Source: a virus
Virus record (IMG/VR): IMGVR_UViG_3300044630_006584
Length of the DNA stretch: 64,000 nucleotides
Direction: 5' to 3' (one strand)
Each line of letters begins with the position of its first letter. Positions within the stretch are counted from its first letter, which is position 1. Under the pieces are notes generated by a model, which worked only from the letters and a program-made list of their open reading frames with translations, made no database searches and had not been told where the DNA came from. Shown piece after piece: positions 56,298 to 64,000 of the stretch. The translations under genes were made by a program, and so were the position numbers.

Positions 56298-57883
56298 TTG
56301 AATTTAATTTTCATTTTAGTTCCTATTTCGTTTTTCTCACACGTAATTTGAAACTTATGTTCTTCCAAAATTGCCACACAAATATTTAATCCTAAACCAG
56401 TCCCTGATTCTTTCTGACCCTCTTTTCTTGTGTAAGGCTTAGATAAATGATTAAAATCATCCTGGGTAATTCCTCTACCGTTATCCTGTATATAGATTGT
56501 GTTTTCGTCTGAATAGAGCTTAACGAATTTTGAATCCGAATCGTTATATTTTAAACCATTTCTGATCAGGTTGTCTAGTGCAGTACAGAACAGAGGCTCG
56601 TTTACTTCTATGATTGGTAGAGTGTCGTCTAGTATAACCTGACTAATGTAAGCTGTAGATGACAGATAATCATGCAGTATGTACTTAATGCTGCATTCAG
56701 CTTTATTCAGAACAACATCCTTTTTAACCAGATTGGTGAACTCGTAAACACCTTTATAAACTTTCTGAGAATGTTTAAGACCCTCCTTAATCATTTTAAG
56801 TGGGGCTTCGATTTTAAGATTAGTAATATCCTCTTGTGTCAATCTCCTTTCCAATGAGTTAACACCTCTTGGCATATAAGTGTTAATCCCGGAATGCATA
56901 TCATGTCTTAGTATTTTAGCGGCGTGTTCTAAATAAGTGTTTTTCTTTTCAATCTCCTTTTTTTGTTCGTAAGATTGAGTGACGTCTGTTGCAATTTTCA
57001 TAACACGATAAATCTTACCGTCAGTGCCAATAATAGGATTGTAAGTGGCTTGTAAATAAACTAAAGACCCATCTTTTTTAACTCTAGAGATCTCACCAGA
57101 AAATAATATACCTCCCCTTAATTTTTTCCAAAAAAGAGAATAGTCTTCACTTTTTTCATATTCAGCATCTACAAAAATTCTATGATGCTTTCCAACTACC
57201 TCATCCTGTGAAGAATATCCCATAGTTTCTAAAAACAAATTATTAGCAAAAATAATATTACCGTCTAAATCAAACTCAATAACAGCATTAGATTTGTTTA
57301 TGGCGTTCATTCTGTTACGAATTTCCGCTTCTTTTTTCTTAAGCTCCGTGATGTCTTGCCTGATAGATAAAAAACCATCTAATCTCCCATCAGTTCCAAA
57401 TCTTGCCCTGATGTATGTGTCAACGTAATATAAACTGCCATCTTTGGCTTTATTAGTTACCACGTCATTCCATATCTCACCCTTCATAACGGTCTCGTAC
57501 ATTTTACCCCAATATCCGTCAGGTTGTGTGCCTGAATTAACTATTGAGTGGTCCTTACCAATTACTTCTTCAAGCTTCCAACCAGATACCTGTTCAAACT
57601 TATCATTAACATAAGTTATTTTACCTTTCCTATCTGTAATCGATACGATTGCCGCCTTATTAATAAATTTATCTGTCTCGTCAAGCTTTTTAGATTGGCT
57701 TTCCCTTACCTCTCTGATTATTAAGTAAAAGAGGGGTACGAAAAGAAGGAAGCAGGAGTATTCTATTCCCCTAGTTAATCTTGTTGACTCAATAATCTCA
57801 AATAAAACTGCTGTTTTAATAATAAAAAAAACAGACATGATTAATGAGCTGAGAAATAGATAGACTTTTGATTTTTTATTCAT
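56294..57883 (-). CDS. PAS-PAS sensor histidine kinase (2 N-terminal TM)
   Basis: PAS1 ITDRKGKITYVNDKF...KAKDGSLYYV, PAS2 IEFDLDGNIIFANNLF...KKDGSLVYLQATYNP, H-box KILRHDMHSG, DNLIRNGLKY, QDNGRG, GTGLGLNIC. Confidence 0.9.
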   Translation of the reverse strand: MNKKSKVYLFLSSLIMSVFFIIKTAVLFEIIESTRLTRGIEYSCFLLFVPLFYLIIREVRESQSKKLDETDKFINKAAIVSITDRKGKITYVNDKFEQVSGWKLEEVIGKDHSIVNSGTQPDGYWGKMYETVMKGEIWNDVVTNKAKDGSLYYVDTYIRARFGTDGRLDGFLSIRQDITELKKKEAEIRNRMNAINKSNAVIEFDLDGNIIFANNLFLETMGYSSQDEVVGKHHRIFVDAEYEKSEDYSLFWKKLRGGILFSGEISRVKKDGSLVYLQATYNPIIGTDGKIYRVMKIATDVTQSYEQKKEIEKKNTYLEHAAKILRHDMHSGINTYMPRGVNSLERRLTQEDITNLKIEAPLKMIKEGLKHSQKVYKGVYEFTNLVKKDVVLNKAECSIKYILHDYLSSTAYISQVILDDTLPIIEVNEPLFCTALDNLIRNGLKYNDSDSKFVKLYSDENTIYIQDNGRGITQDDFNHLSKPYTRKEGQKESGTGLGLNICVAILEEHKFQITCEKNEIGTKMKIKFK

Positions 57884-57941
57884 TGGATTATATATTCTGG
57901 ATTTTCAAAATAAGGGGTCCATAAATCCAATTTAGCCCAAT

Positions 57942-57971
57942 AAAAAAAAGGATCCCATAAGGATCCTTTTT
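57942..57971. terminator. Terminator (symmetrical) downstream of the 57993..58814 gene
   Basis: AAAAAAAAGGATCC-CATAA-GGATCCTTTTT. Confidence 0.75.
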
Positions 57972-57992
57972 CGTCTAAGTTGGTTGGATTTT

Positions 57993-58814
57993 TTATTTCC
58001 CCTTGGAGTACATCGCATCAGTAAGAAGTCCCTTACTTTTTAGATATTCCATATATGCGTTTTTGATCTTTTCCTGATCCTGATTTATCTCAGATGCTAT
58101 TTTAGTAATTGCAGTTTTTTCTGCTTTTTTAATATCTGAAAATAGAGGGGATGCAGATCTTAAAGAATTTATCAAGCTAAACACCTTCATGCCTGTCTTA
58201 ATGTCGGATTCTTTTTTATCTTTTCTTTGCTCGGCTGCTCTATCCAATGCATCCATAGCCTTGTCTCTGTTTTGAGTAAAGGAAGGATCCTGTATTGCGT
58301 TTGCTGCTATACCAGCTAGTTCTGATGGACTTTTACCTTGGAATCTATTGAAAGCTTTTATTAACTTAGGGTAGATAGCTTCGCTTGAATCCTCGGTTAT
58401 ACCGTTTAGAAGATTTACGAATTTTTTAGTTGTTCTTATCGCTGTCGTGTAAGAATCTAATCCGATAGCATCAGAGAAAGCTGGCAGAGTGATTTTGAAA
58501 GCTCCCGATGTTTTATCATTCATACCAAATTGATCTATACCTGGTATCATAACGATGTATTTAGCAGTTTCTCCTTCTGCCTTACCCAAAGCTCTCAGAT
58601 ATATTGCAGCCAATTGCTCAGGTGTAAGTATTTGGAAATCCCTAGCAAAAGCTGCTTTTTCACCTGAAGTTAATTCCACTTGCAAATCCTCCTCTGAATC
58701 AGCGGAGCTTAAATCGGATTCGTATAAAAAACCCTGGATCATTTTCTCATAAACTTTATTCACTAAAAGTTCTATAGAGAAATCTTCAAAAAGTTTAATT
58801 TTTCTATTTTTCAT
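57993..58814 (-). CDS. Hypothetical helical protein with capsid-targeting-like N-terminus
   Basis: MKNRKIKLFEDFSIE; minus-strand GATATATA at 58819-58826. Confidence 0.6.
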   Translation of the reverse strand: MKNRKIKLFEDFSIELLVNKVYEKMIQGFLYESDLSSADSEEDLQVELTSGEKAAFARDFQILTPEQLAAIYLRALGKAEGETAKYIVMIPGIDQFGMNDKTSGAFKITLPAFSDAIGLDSYTTAIRTTKKFVNLLNGITEDSSEAIYPKLIKAFNRFQGKSPSELAGIAANAIQDPSFTQNRDKAMDALDRAAEQRKDKKESDIKTGMKVFSLINSLRSASPLFSDIKKAEKTAITKIASEINQDQEKIKNAYMEYLKSKGLLTDAMYSKGK

Positions 58815-58904
58815 GATTTATATATCCGATCAATTAATGAAAAATTATCTGAGATGTGTGTAAAAATAGTATTTTTCTGTTTAGCGGGAGAGGATATATA
58901 CAGT

Positions 58905-59708
58905 ATGTATTACGCTTATGAACACTACAAAAAAGACACTGATCAGATCTTTTATGTTGGGATAGGAAAAATAGATGAGGGCAAATATCAAAGAGCATAC
59001 TCCCTCGCGAAAAGAAACCCACATTGGCACGCCACTGCCAAAAAATATGGATTTGATTACAAAATAGTTTTCGAATCCGAATCAAGGGAAGAGGTTTGCA
59101 ACAAAGAAATCGATCTGATTTTAAAATATGGAAGGAAGGATCTTGGAACAGGCCCACTAGTTAATAAAACAACCGGAGGAGAGAAGACGTTTAAAATGTC
59201 AAAGGATTCGATATTAAAAATTTTAGAAACGAAAAGAAAAAATGGGTCAATGGAGATAATTTCACAAAGAGCGAGAGAAAGAATGTTAACTAATAATCCA
59301 TGGAAGGGTAAAACTCATGATGGGTTCAACAAAAAGGAGGTTTATCAATACGAAGCATCGACTGGTGTTTTTGTTGAAAAATATAAATCTATAAAAAGTG
59401 CTACAAGTGCAATGGGATTTTCGTCTGATAAGGTCATCGGCAAATGTTTAAGAGGTGAGAATCAAACCGGAGGTGGATATATCTGGTACTACGAATACCA
59501 AGGCGAAAAAGTTGATCGAATAAGAAGAGGAATAGCTAAGTATCAGCTCCAGCCAGTTATTGAAGTCGATCAATATGGGAATATTATTAATGAATGGGAA
59601 TGTATTTCGGATGCAGCTCTAGCAGCTGGTGTTACGCCCTCCGCGACGAGCCAAGCAATCCGTAAAAATGTACTTTGCAAGGGAAGAAAATTCAAAATAA
59701 AAGCCTAG
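58905..59708 (+). mobile_element. Free-standing GIY-YIG homing endonuclease with two NUMOD1-like repeats
   Basis: YAYEH...FYVGIGK...RA; LVNKTTGGE; YKSIKSA and WECISDAA; probable start ATG 58905 after GATATATA 58893-58900. Confidence 0.8.
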
Positions 59709-59728
59709 AGTTTTAATTCTAGGCTTTT
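59699..59728. terminator. Bidirectional terminator between the GIY-YIG and endolysin genes
   Basis: AAAAGCCTAGA...TCTAGGCTTTT. Confidence 0.8.
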
Positions 59729-59754
59729 ATTTATGTTTAATTTATAATTCTGAA

Positions 59755-60591
59755 TTACTTGAGCAAGTTATAAAACTTAGATGTTTTTTCAATTCTATCA
59801 GGTAGTCCATGTGTGCCACCATTTACTCTTTTGGTAACGGAAGTAATCGATGCTGCATCTACCCCCTTGTCGCACAAAGCCCAAAGATTGTTCTTTGAAA
59901 AAAACCATGCTGCTGACATGAGAGAATATTTAGTTGCAACTAGATCCGGGTTTGCCACGACATCGTCTTCAACTAATTTATCGAAAGCTTCGTAATTGCT
60001 TTTGCCAGTCAGCTGGATCGCCCCCCTCCCCTTATAGCGATAGCCGTCTCCTGAAGCCTCGTCACCATTACCCATTCTTGAGGAATAAACTCTATTCGCA
60101 ATTTTTTCGGGCTGTTTGGCGTAGGATTCACTAAGATTACCCGGGAAATATTTTCCGAATATTTTCTTAAGGCCATCAGCTGAGTAGTTCAAATTTTCTT
60201 GTAAAATCTTGAAGTTTCCCGATTCGTGTGCACATTGACCTAATATGTGGGCCAATCTAAGTGTGTTTGTAATTCCAAATTTCTTAGCCGTGTCTGGAAT
60301 TTGAGCGATTACAGCATCAGGAATATGACCTTTTAAAGCTGCCAATTTGAAATCACTTGCAGGAACTCCCACCACAGGAGCAGATTCAGCTACAGTATTT
60401 TCAACAGGTGCTATTCCTAATTTTTGAAATGTAGCAGCTCCGGCTATACCGTCAGCAGCCAATCCCATTTTAGCTTGCCATTCTTTAAGGACTTTCTCAG
60501 TGCCTGGACCGAAATTACCATCCGCGGTAATTCCCAATGCGGTCTGAAGTTTAACAACCTCAGGACCTTTAGAACCTAGTTTAAGTAACAT
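59755..60591 (-). CDS. Endolysin: peptidoglycan-binding domain + GH19 catalytic domain
   Basis: LKLGSKG..V..LQ..LGI.ADG.FG..T...WQ; LAHILGQCAHES, ENLNYS, YKGRGAIQLTGKSNY, VNGGTHGL.DR. Confidence 0.9.
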   Translation of the reverse strand: MLLKLGSKGPEVVKLQTALGITADGNFGPGTEKVLKEWQAKMGLAADGIAGAATFQKLGIAPVENTVAESAPVVGVPASDFKLAALKGHIPDAVIAQIPDTAKKFGITNTLRLAHILGQCAHESGNFKILQENLNYSADGLKKIFGKYFPGNLSESYAKQPEKIANRVYSSRMGNGDEASGDGYRYKGRGAIQLTGKSNYEAFDKLVEDDVVANPDLVATKYSLMSAAWFFSKNNLWALCDKGVDAASITSVTKRVNGGTHGLPDRIEKTSKFYNLLK

Positions 60592-60673
60592 AATATTAAT
60601 TTTTTCTTTATTTATCTCTAAAGTTCTTTTTTACTACGGAATCTTTTCTTATTTTTGTATAAAATCAATACTT

Positions 60674-61105
60674 ATGAACTCAATTGGAAGAAAAAGATTA
60701 TTTTTCAAATGGTTAAAATACTGGAGAAACCTCAAGAGATCCGCAATAGGATATCAGTTAGAAACAACTGATGAGGACAGGATCATGATCAAGGCCGTTA
60801 AGATAATGGTCAAGAGAAAGGATATAAGGATCTTCTATTCCCCACTCTCCCATTCGGTCTATATGCAAACGCCGGATCACAAGTATACAATAATATTTAA
60901 CGAATACGAGATCAGGATTGCTAATCACAAATTATTTCTGTCCACTAAAATAGCCCCTAAGATAGGCGACCAGCTTATGATGCTAGGCAGGGAGAGAATA
61001 GAAAAAGAGATGAAATCTGTAGAGGCAGAGGTCAGGAAGAATGAATTTAAGTTCTTACAGGACCTAACAAAATTTTTAGAAACAGATGAAGAAGACAGCA
61101 AATAG
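60674..61105 (+). CDS. Hypothetical protein
   Basis: 143 aa ORF. Confidence 0.55.
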   Translation: MNSIGRKRLFFKWLKYWRNLKRSAIGYQLETTDEDRIMIKAVKIMVKRKDIRIFYSPLSHSVYMQTPDHKYTIIFNEYEIRIANHKLFLSTKIAPKIGDQLMMLGRERIEKEMKSVEAEVRKNEFKFLQDLTKFLETDEEDSK

Positions 61106-61475
61106 TTTTAAGAAAATAGCAATCATAGCCCACGACGGTAAGAAAGCTCAGATGGTCTCATTTATCATGCACCATTTGAACTTCTTTGGGAGAGAGGATC
61201 TTCTGTTATATGCAACCGGAACTACAGGTAAGCACGTGGAAGAAGCGGGTGTGAGAGTAAAGAAACTACTATCTGGTCCACTTGGCGGTGATGCCCAGAT
61301 AGCACAGATGGTTTCCCTAGGAGAACTGGACCTTGTGATATTCTTTAGAGATCCATTGGGCATGCATCCTCACGAGCCGGATGTCCAGATGCTAATGAGG
61401 CTTTGCGATGTGCACGAGATACCGCTAGCAACAAATCCAAGCACTGCTAAACTATTGATACAAAATCTAATTTAG
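61086..61475 (+). CDS. mgsA: Methylglyoxal synthase
   Basis: IAIIAHDGKK, YATGTTG, SGPLGGDAQIA, FFRDPL..HPHEPDVQMLMRLCDVH.IPLATN. Confidence 0.95.
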   Translation: MKKTANSFKKIAIIAHDGKKAQMVSFIMHHLNFFGREDLLLYATGTTGKHVEEAGVRVKKLLSGPLGGDAQIAQMVSLGELDLVIFFRDPLGMHPHEPDVQMLMRLCDVHEIPLATNPSTAKLLIQNLI

Positions 61476-61512
61476 CAAGAACTTTTCTTTCTTTTTTAGT
61501 ATAATATTTAAG

Positions 61513-62289
61513 ATGAGAGCCTTTCAACACCCTTCAGCAGCAATAAAGTACACTAAAGAGTGTCTTATTAACCATGGATATGTCGTAAAGACTGAAAGAT
61601 GGCAGGGAATACCCTCTCCGGATGATATGTTTGAATTACTGGGACATTCTTTGAGATTTGTGATTCCGGAAACTGAAGATGTGCTTATAGAGGAGGTTAG
61701 ACCAAATCTTCCGTGGGCAAAAGAGCACTTCGAAGAAAGGGTTAGTGGTCTACCGCTAAACCCACCACCCTCGCATGTTAAGTGGCCATTTGCACAGAAG
61801 TCAAACGAACAATTCGGTGGAAATGAAAAATTTAGCCACAGCTACCCAGAGAGAATTTGGCCAAAATTTACATCGGACAGCCCTAATGAAATAATGAAGG
61901 GAATAAGATACGATTATGGTGATTTCAACGACGTAGTGGATCTGATGGAGAGAGAACCTTTTACAAGACAGGCATTTCTTCCTATTTGGTTTCCAGAGGA
62001 TACAGGATCTGCTCACGGGGAAAGAGTACCCTGTACTATAGGATATCACTTCATTAGAAGAGGCGACCATATGCACATAGTCTATTATATTAGATCATGT
62101 GATTACATCAGACACTTCCGGGACGATATCTATTTAGCCTGTATGAAATTATATTGGCTTTTAGATAAACTCAAAGAAAAAGATTATGAAGCATGGAAAG
62201 ACGTGAAGCCGGGATGGTACACTATGCACATTACTTCTTTACACTGTTTCAATAAGGAGAAGGGTATTTTAAAACAGTCTAGATTATGA
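61513..62289 (+). CDS. Thymidylate synthase superfamily enzyme, dCMP hydroxymethylase-like
   Basis: TRQA, catalytic PCT, RSCD, with Asp (RHFRDD) at the position of the ThyA specificity Asn; ITSLHCF. Confidence 0.75.
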   Translation: MRAFQHPSAAIKYTKECLINHGYVVKTERWQGIPSPDDMFELLGHSLRFVIPETEDVLIEEVRPNLPWAKEHFEERVSGLPLNPPPSHVKWPFAQKSNEQFGGNEKFSHSYPERIWPKFTSDSPNEIMKGIRYDYGDFNDVVDLMEREPFTRQAFLPIWFPEDTGSAHGERVPCTIGYHFIRRGDHMHIVYYIRSCDYIRHFRDDIYLACMKLYWLLDKLKEKDYEAWKDVKPGWYTMHITSLHCFNKEKGILKQSRL

Positions 62290-62390
62290 TGGATTTTATA
62301 GCTAGGTTATTTGAATCGATGAGTGATGGATTCGTTAATCATTTAATTGGGATAGTCAATATTTTAGTCAATAAGTAATAATATAAAGTT

Positions 62391-62669
62391 ATGATGGAGA
62401 AACACAAAACGGAATTCAAGCAGGTCATAGAGCCAAGCGAGAGTCTAATGGTATCTTATAGAAAGCTATTTAATAGAAATCAAAGCAAGTGGATGAGGAG
62501 ATCAAAGCTGGAGCTCTCTGATTTAGGAAAGGATTTTATCTGGGAGGATAAGACCTACACACTGGAAGGAGCTATAGATGCGATGAATATGCTCGTCAGA
62601 GAGACAGAGTCTAATAAATACTATAGAGTTCACTCCGACCTGGTAACTGCAGCTTTCGGATTATCTTAA
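62391..62669 (+). CDS. Hypothetical protein
   Basis: 92 aa ORF. Confidence 0.55.
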   Translation: MMEKHKTEFKQVIEPSESLMVSYRKLFNRNQSKWMRRSKLELSDLGKDFIWEDKTYTLEGAIDAMNMLVRETESNKYYRVHSDLVTAAFGLS

Positions 62670-62682
62670 AAAAAATTTCAAA

Positions 62683-62904
62683 TTGATTAAGTTCACCATA
62701 CAAACAAACAATCCCAAAACTCATATAGAGGCTTGCTCTGTCGTTGATTATTTCAGATGCAATATTCTTAAGGAAAGGATGGGAAATCCTGGGGATGTCT
62801 TTTATGCTGAGTTCGTTCTAGAAAGCAGCGAGGAATGTTTTGAGATATTATCAGCATTTCCAGGGATCTCTGTTTTTATGGACCCCCTGAATACTCTTCG
62901 ATAA
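62683..62904 (+). CDS. Hypothetical protein
   Basis: 73 aa ORF with TTG start. Confidence 0.4.
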   Translation: MIKFTIQTNNPKTHIEACSVVDYFRCNILKERMGNPGDVFYAEFVLESSEECFEILSAFPGISVFMDPLNTLR

Positions 62905-62969
62905 CATCCATTTTTTCAGCTCTTTCTTAATATATAGTAGGATCATTTAGATCTAAAATTACTATTAAG

Positions 62970-63356
62970 ATGATGCCAGAGAACAAAAACGAATCCGTGC
63001 TTATAAGGCAGGTACTCGAAGAGTTACAAAAGATGGGTAATAAAATGCCCAATGGGGAACTAAAAGTGTTAGAAAAAAGCATAGACGAGATGAGGGATTC
63101 ACAGAAGTCAATGAAGGAGGATCTTTCCGAACTTAAGAAGAAACTTCTGGATCCATATGACGGCGTTATAGTAAGGGTCAACGAAAACACTAAATTCAGG
63201 ATGCAGGAAGAGGATAGGTTCGAGGACTATATGAAAATAAATGTCGATGTTCAGGATCTTAAAAAGTGGCAGAGCGGAATAAACAAAGCCATGTGGATTA
63301 TATTCGGTGCGTTAATAGCAATAGCGGTAAAAGTTATTTTTAACACGAGTGTTTAA
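62970..63356 (+). CDS. Coiled-coil protein with C-terminal TM anchor
   Basis: Heptads, then KAMWIIFGALIAIAVKVIF; AATATATA at 62929-62936. Confidence 0.6.
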   Translation: MMPENKNESVLIRQVLEELQKMGNKMPNGELKVLEKSIDEMRDSQKSMKEDLSELKKKLLDPYDGVIVRVNENTKFRMQEEDRFEDYMKINVDVQDLKKWQSGINKAMWIIFGALIAIAVKVIFNTSV

Positions 63357-63370
63357 AAAAAATATCAGAC

Positions 63371-63691
63371 ATGCAGGAAGAAGAAAGCTACTCTCTCGAC
63401 TACCTTCTTCAATTAACGAAGACTGACAGAGACACGTTCTGGGAGATCCTTTATTCCTCAGTCAAGAAAGCTATAGATAATTGCGAATCTACCGCAACAA
63501 TATTCCAGGTAGAATCTGAGACTTCCGATGGCAGTGAGATAACAGCTATAACACTAAGCGAAAATCAATTCGATGCTCTTTTGGAAAACTACCTTCATTA
63601 TTCTGAAAATAATGAGGACTATGAAAAATGCAGCGAAATAAAAGGTGTCATAGAGGAATATAAGAAAACAAAAGGTTATAAATCATGGTAA
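63371..63691 (+). CDS. Small protein with UVR-like motif
   Basis: NEDYEKCSEIK. Confidence 0.55.
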   Translation: MQEEESYSLDYLLQLTKTDRDTFWEILYSSVKKAIDNCESTATIFQVESETSDGSEITAITLSENQFDALLENYLHYSENNEDYEKCSEIKGVIEEYKKTKGYKSW

Positions 63692-63891
63692 CCGATGAGA
63701 ATAGGAAAAAGTACACAAATACCCTAGCTCTCTTCACCGATATAAGTAGGAGCAAAGGCAAAAACTTTTCCGTCGAAGCGATAAAGGAATGTATTAAATC
63801 ATTAGAATACTTCGAGGAATATGAAAAATGCATGATCCTAAAATTTATAATGGATTCCAGTAAAACTAACGAGGGTGGAAAAATTAAATAG
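63685..63891 (+). CDS. Small protein with UVR-like motif
   Basis: FEEYEKCMILK. Confidence 0.5.
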   Translation: MVTDENRKKYTNTLALFTDISRSKGKNFSVEAIKECIKSLEYFEEYEKCMILKFIMDSSKTNEGGKIK

Positions 63892-64000
63892 ACAAATATT
63901 CGAGAATACTATCCATACAATGAAAAAATATGGATCCTCGGAATTTTTTAAAACATATTCACAGGGAGTAATAAGAAAAAGAAACTCGATAAAGAATACA

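Noticed and set aside
52246-57883. Signalling cluster as a host chromosomal insertion or prophage boundary
   Set aside because: No integrase, att-like repeats or housekeeping neighbours; it is preceded by the phage-type late octamer and flanked by phage genes, though read-level confirmation is still needed
1-64000. Stop-codon reassignment (TAG/TGA recoding as in some large Bacteroidota phages)
   Set aside because: Conserved genes (dnaK, nrdA, nrdB, uvsW, topoisomerase) are full length in the standard code, and TAA, TAG and TGA all end genes at sensible positions

Overview
AT-rich, densely packed 64 kb segment of a large T4-related (jumbo-type) dsDNA myophage genome in the standard genetic code. 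The host is probably in Bacteroidota: starts are A-rich with no Shine-Dalgarno sequence, and Hc1-like, DUF4494-like and mgsA genes are present. From left to right it holds: tail or fibre structural genes; a T4-like replication and recombination block (RuvC-like, gp32 SSB, gp61 primase, UvsY, GIY-YIG, UvsW); a nucleotidyltransferase / ligase-NMNAT fusion / PD-(D/E)xK cluster; DnaK; an MBD4-like glycosylase; the N-half of a family B DNA polymerase; gp56-like dCTPase, NrdB, NrdA, Adk and a GT2-TPR protein; topoisomerase II large subunit, UvsE and DnaJ; a topoisomerase II gp52/GyrA gene fractured by a naturally split intein with a free-standing HNH gene in the gap; a probable sliding clamp and the polymerase C-half, about 18 kb from the N-half; a RimK-protease fusion and thioredoxin; a DUF2828 (Ro/TROVE-like vWA) gene followed by two covarying small stem RNAs and a tmRNA; a minus-strand operon with two histidine kinases, a receiver and membrane proteins; a GH19 endolysin, mgsA and a dCMP-hydroxymethylase-like enzyme. 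Two patterns run across the window: a GATA(T/A)ATA late-type promoter, and an N-terminal motif resembling the T4 capsid-targeting sequence on about a dozen unrelated proteins. All family assignments are by eye from remembered motifs; no database searches were run.
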